Shown: positions 28,919-32,000 of the stretch, piece after piece | How positions within the stretch are numbered: position 1 is the first letter of the stretch | How the letters are laid out: each line of letters starts with the position of its first letter | Origin: Candidatus Nitrospira inopinata | GTDB lineage: Bacteria; Nitrospirota; Nitrospiria; Nitrospirales; Nitrospiraceae | Assembly: GCF_001458695.1 (NCBI RefSeq) | Contig: NZ_LN885086.1 | Coordinates: 1,290,001 to 1,322,000 of the forward strand | Direction: 5' to 3' | Length of the DNA stretch: 32,000 bases | Program-made: the position numbers and the translations under genes | Notes under the pieces: generated by a model | Databases searched by the model: none | What the model was told of the DNA's origin: nothing | The model's input: only the letters and a program-made list of their open reading frames with translations

Positions 28919-29622
28919 CGAGCCGTCTCTTTGCAATCCAGCAACTCGCCGACGGTCATGGGGATCAGTTTTTTCTGGGGGAGCACGTCACGGGTCAGTC
29001 GCTCGATCACCTCTCGCGTGTGCTTGCCCTTTCCGTTGGCGTGAAACACGAGAATGCTGCCCGGCTTCAGGCGCTTCGTCACGCGCTCGAGAATCCGTTC
29101 CGTTGAGAGACTGGGATCGGGATCGCCAGACTCGATGTCCCATTGGATAAATCGAAGGCCGAGCGCCTTCACCACCTGAACGGTGACGTCATCGTATTCT
29201 CCATAGGGGGGACGGAATAACGTGGCTCGATGGGCGTAACGTTTGTTCAGATAGGCGACCGGCCCCAAGATTTCAGCCCGTTGCGCGCGAGCGTCATAGA
29301 AGGGCAAGTGCGCGTGGGCGTCGCCGTGCGTCCCGATCTCGAACCATTCAAGGCTCAGCAGCCGGCCCACCTCTTCTTCATGCTTGGCGATCCACTTGCC
29401 GGACAGAAACAGGGTGGAGTGGATCCGATGCTCGATCAAGTAGTCCAGCAACGCCGTATCGATGCCTGGTCCTTTTTTGACGGGGCAGAGGTCGAACGTG
29501 AGGGCCACGCCGGGACAATTCGGCGGACCGGATCTGATGACTTGAGCCTGAACGGGAACAGCACCGGCCAGACCGCCGATGGCCAGAAGACCGATTAGCC
29601 AAAGGGAGAATCGTCGAGCCAT
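28915..29622 (-). CDS. Exported polysaccharide deacetylase (NodB-homology domain) family protein
   Basis: 235 aa. Signal peptide (LWLIGLLAIGGLAGAVPVQA). NodB motifs (ALTFDLCP, FEIGTHGDAHAHL, RPPYGEYD). Confidence 0.85.
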   Translation of the reverse strand: MARRFSLWLIGLLAIGGLAGAVPVQAQVIRSGPPNCPGVALTFDLCPVKKGPGIDTALLDYLIEHRIHSTLFLSGKWIAKHEEEVGRLLSLEWFEIGTHGDAHAHLPFYDARAQRAEILGPVAYLNKRYAHRATLFRPPYGEYDDVTVQVVKALGLRFIQWDIESGDPDPSLSTERILERVTKRLKPGSILVFHANGKGKHTREVIERLTRDVLPQKKLIPMTVGELLDCKETAR

Positions 29623-29662
29623 GTTCGCTAGTATAGCGCACGCCGGGCGGCGTTGGGATCAA

Positions 29663-29691
29663 TTGACCGCTTGGGAGCAGGCTGATAGGGT
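29663..29691 (+). promoter_or_regulatory. Candidate sigma70-type promoter TTGACC-17 nt-TAGGGT for the M50 protease gene
   Basis: The -10-like hexamer ends 6 nt before the ATG at 29698 and no Shine-Dalgarno intervenes, implying a leaderless or near-leaderless transcript. Weak -10. Confidence 0.25.
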
Positions 29692-29697
29692 GTATTC

Positions 29698-30855
29698 ATG
29701 AACAGGCCGGCCCTCTCGTGGAGGATCGGGTCCGCCTTGGGGATCCCCATCCATATCCACGTTTCATGGACCCTCATCTTTATTCTCGTGAGTTGGACGC
29801 TCGCGTCGGACTACTTGCCCGAGCATCTGCCCGGCCTGTCTCCCGCCCGGTATTGGGCGATGGGCGGGGTCGCGGCCGCGCTGCTTTTTCTGTCCGTGTT
29901 GTTGCACGAGCTGGGGCACTGCTACGCGGCCCGTCGGTATCACATTCCTATCGAGCGGATCACGCTGTTCGTATTCGGCGGCGTGGCTCAGATGCGCAAG
30001 GAGGCTCCCTCGCCGCGCGCGGAGGCGCTCATCGCCGTCGCCGGTCCGCTCGTGAGTTTCGGCCTGGGAGGGGCTTGTTTGGGGTCGGCCCTCTTGTTGG
30101 AAATCACTCGGCAGGGATCTTCTCTTCACGGAATGATCGTCCTCTGCATCCTCCTGGGTGTGGTGAATATCCAGCTCGGGCTGTTCAACTTGCTTCCAGG
30201 GTTTCCATTGGACGGAGGGAGGATCTTGCGGGCGGGGTTGTGGGCGTGGGGGCTGGATTTTCATGAGGCGACAAAACGGGCCGCTTCGGCCGGCTTTGGA
30301 TTCGGCGTGCTGTTCGGATTGTTGGGGCTGCTCATGCTCGCGGGATCGTTGACGGGCGGGTTATCCGCTTCGGCGGCGTCCGGAGGAGGATGGGCGGTGT
30401 TTATCGGCATGTTTCTCTGCGCCGCATCGTTGGTCAGCCGGCGACAGGCCGCGTTTCGCCACGTGCTTATGACCGTGCCGGTTCGCGAGTTGATGACGAG
30501 GACGGTCGTCTCTCTTTCTCCGGGCAGCACGTTGGATGAGGCGGTCAATGGACGATTTCAGCCCTATGGCTACGGCGGGTTTCCCGTCGTGGACAACGGT
30601 CGCTTGTTGGGGCTGGTGACGGTTCAGGACATCCAATCGGTGCCGACGTCACTTTGGTCCAGAAGACAGATCGATGAGATCATGCGCCCGGCGGTGTCGT
30701 CGCTGTTTGTGGAGCCGGAGGCCCCGATTCTCCAGGCGATGGCGCAGATGGCGCAGGGAGGGTGGGATCGGCTCATCGTCGTGCAAGACGAGAAAATCGT
30801 CGGTTTGGTCACGCAGTCGGTGATCGTGCGGTTTCTGCAACGATACAGAGGGTGA
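29698..30855 (+). CDS. M50-family site-2 protease with C-terminal CBS pair
   Basis: 385 aa. HELGHCYAARRY (HExxH) and NLLPGFPLDGGR motifs in hydrophobic helices. C-terminal tandem CBS-like repeats (VPVRELMTR...GFPVVDNGRLLGLVT; IDEIMRP...IVVQDEKIVGLVT). Confidence 0.92.
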   Translation: MNRPALSWRIGSALGIPIHIHVSWTLIFILVSWTLASDYLPEHLPGLSPARYWAMGGVAAALLFLSVLLHELGHCYAARRYHIPIERITLFVFGGVAQMRKEAPSPRAEALIAVAGPLVSFGLGGACLGSALLLEITRQGSSLHGMIVLCILLGVVNIQLGLFNLLPGFPLDGGRILRAGLWAWGLDFHEATKRAASAGFGFGVLFGLLGLLMLAGSLTGGLSASAASGGGWAVFIGMFLCAASLVSRRQAAFRHVLMTVPVRELMTRTVVSLSPGSTLDEAVNGRFQPYGYGGFPVVDNGRLLGLVTVQDIQSVPTSLWSRRQIDEIMRPAVSSLFVEPEAPILQAMAQMAQGGWDRLIVVQDEKIVGLVTQSVIVRFLQRYRG

Positions 30856-30888
30856 CGCGGCGAGACCAAAAGGACGGTCGGAAACGGT

Positions 30889-32000
30889 TTATTGCAAGGC
30901 CTGCACGGCTTGGACGGCAAGGTTCACGAGCGGGCCGGGATACAGGCCCAAAATCACGACGCCAGCGATCGCGCAGGCCAGGACGATTGATATGGCCGGC
31001 GACAGCACCAGACGCGGCGACGCGGCCGTCGATGCGTCGGGGTCGCGCATGTACATGACCATCACGACGCGGAGATAGTAGTAAGCGGAGACGACGGCGA
31101 AGACCAACGCGACGACGGCCAACCAGGCGAGTCCCGCCTCCACCGCCGACATGAAGACGTAAAATTTTCCGATGAACCCGGCCGTCGGCGGAATGCCGGC
31201 CAGCGACACCATGAACACGAGCATCAGCAGCGCGGCGAGCGGATGGCGTTTGGCCAAGCCGGTGAAATCCTCGATCTCGTCTCCCTCGACGTCGCCCTTC
31301 CGAAGCATCGCGACGACGGCGAACGCCCCGAACGTCATGAACGCGTAAAACGCGAGGTAGAGCAAGACGCTGGCGATGCCGATCGCGTTGCCCGCGAGTT
31401 CCGGCGATCGTCCCGAGGCCACGACGCCGATCATGGCGTAGCCGGCGTGGGCGATGCTCGAATAGGCCAACATCCGTTTGATGTTGGTCTGGACCAGGGC
31501 CACGCTGTTTCCCAACACCAGCGTCGCGATGCAGATGAGGAGAAACAAAAACGACCAATCGGTTTTGAGGCCGCCCAATCCTTCGACAAAGACGCGGAGA
31601 AAGGCGCCGAAACTGGCGGCTTTGGACGCCACGGCCATGAACGCCGTGACGGAGGTGGGTGCGCCTTGATACACGTCGGGCGTCCACATGTGGAACGGCA
31701 CCACGGCCAGCTTGAATCCGAAACCGGCCGCCAGCAGGATCGTGGCCACGAGAGGCAACGGGGCGTCCAAGCCGTGGCCGGCGACGGCCGCCGCGATGGC
31801 GGGCAATCTGGTGCTGCCCGTCGCTCCGTAGAGCAAGGAAATGCCGAAGAGCAGAATGCCGGATGAAAACGCGCCCAAAACGAAGTATTTTGCGGACGCT
31901 TCCAGCGAACGGGGCTCCGCCCGCTTGAGCCCGGCCATCACGTACAACGACAGCGACATCAATTCCGTGCCCAGGTAGATGGTCAGAAGATCCGCCGCCG
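30889..32000 (-). CDS. nuoN: NADH-quinone oxidoreductase subunit N, 3' portion (gene continues beyond the window)
   Basis: Polytopic membrane protein. NuoN/ND2-type segments (LEASAKYFVLGAFSSGILLFGISLLYG, FKLAVVPFHMWTPDVYQGAPT, GIPPTAGFIGKFYVF). The frame stays open to position 32000. Confidence 0.88.
   Translation of the reverse strand, partial: AADLLTIYLGTELMSLSLYVMAGLKRAEPRSLEASAKYFVLGAFSSGILLFGISLLYGATGSTRLPAIAAAVAGHGLDAPLPLVATILLAAGFGFKLAVVPFHMWTPDVYQGAPTSVTAFMAVASKAASFGAFLRVFVEGLGGLKTDWSFLFLLICIATLVLGNSVALVQTNIKRMLAYSSIAHAGYAMIGVVASGRSPELAGNAIGIASVLLYLAFYAFMTFGAFAVVAMLRKGDVEGDEIEDFTGLAKRHPLAALLMLVFMVSLAGIPPTAGFIGKFYVFMSAVEAGLAWLAVVALVFAVVSAYYYLRVVMVMYMRDPDASTAASPRLVLSPAISIVLACAIAGVVILGLYPGPLVNLAVQAVQALQ

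Overview
GC-rich (roughly 60% by eye) bacterial chromosomal window, densely coding on both strands. I recognised no rRNA, tRNA, CRISPR array, transposase or integrase. The taxon cannot be determined from the sequence alone.

Layout:
- 1-4.4 kb: the tail of a type I restriction operon. It holds two small unknown ORFs, hsdR and a short DUF45/M48 metallopeptidase-like ORF, followed by a convergent vapBC toxin-antitoxin pair.
- 4.5-7.0 kb: uvrA. It lacks the roughly 100-aa insertion domain found in E. coli UvrA.
- 7.05-25.07 kb: an accessory-looking block bounded by uvrA and uvrC. It contains:
  - a lower-GC AAA_14/DUF4143 ATPase-nuclease gene behind an AT-rich leader;
  - a DUF486 membrane protein tightly coupled to an 820-aa HerA/FtsK-like P-loop ATPase;
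  - a YqhA-family membrane protein;
  - a six-gene same-strand signalling array: a PAS hybrid kinase with two receivers, a NarL-type regulator, a GAF-PAS4-GAF HisKA_3 kinase, a degenerate pseudokinase paralog, a second NarL-type regulator, and a sensorless HisKA_3 kinase;
  - a complete LuxI/LuxR acyl-homoserine-lactone quorum-sensing pair with a lux-box-like palindrome;
  - a FadL-family outer-membrane channel divergent from luxR.
- 25.07-32 kb: housekeeping genes. These are uvrC, dapF, a VOC/glyoxalase, a GNAT, a polysaccharide deacetylase, an M50-CBS site-2 protease and the 3' part of nuoN.

The most interesting candidate is the physical coupling of the quorum-sensing locus (synthase, receptor, lux box, FadL channel) to a multikinase network. 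That network includes a sensorless kinase and a catalytically dead paralog.

Secondary points are the insertion-domain-less UvrA, the DUF486 plus HerA-like ATPase pair, and the ATPase-nuclease gene.

All functional calls rest on motif recognition by eye. No database search was run.
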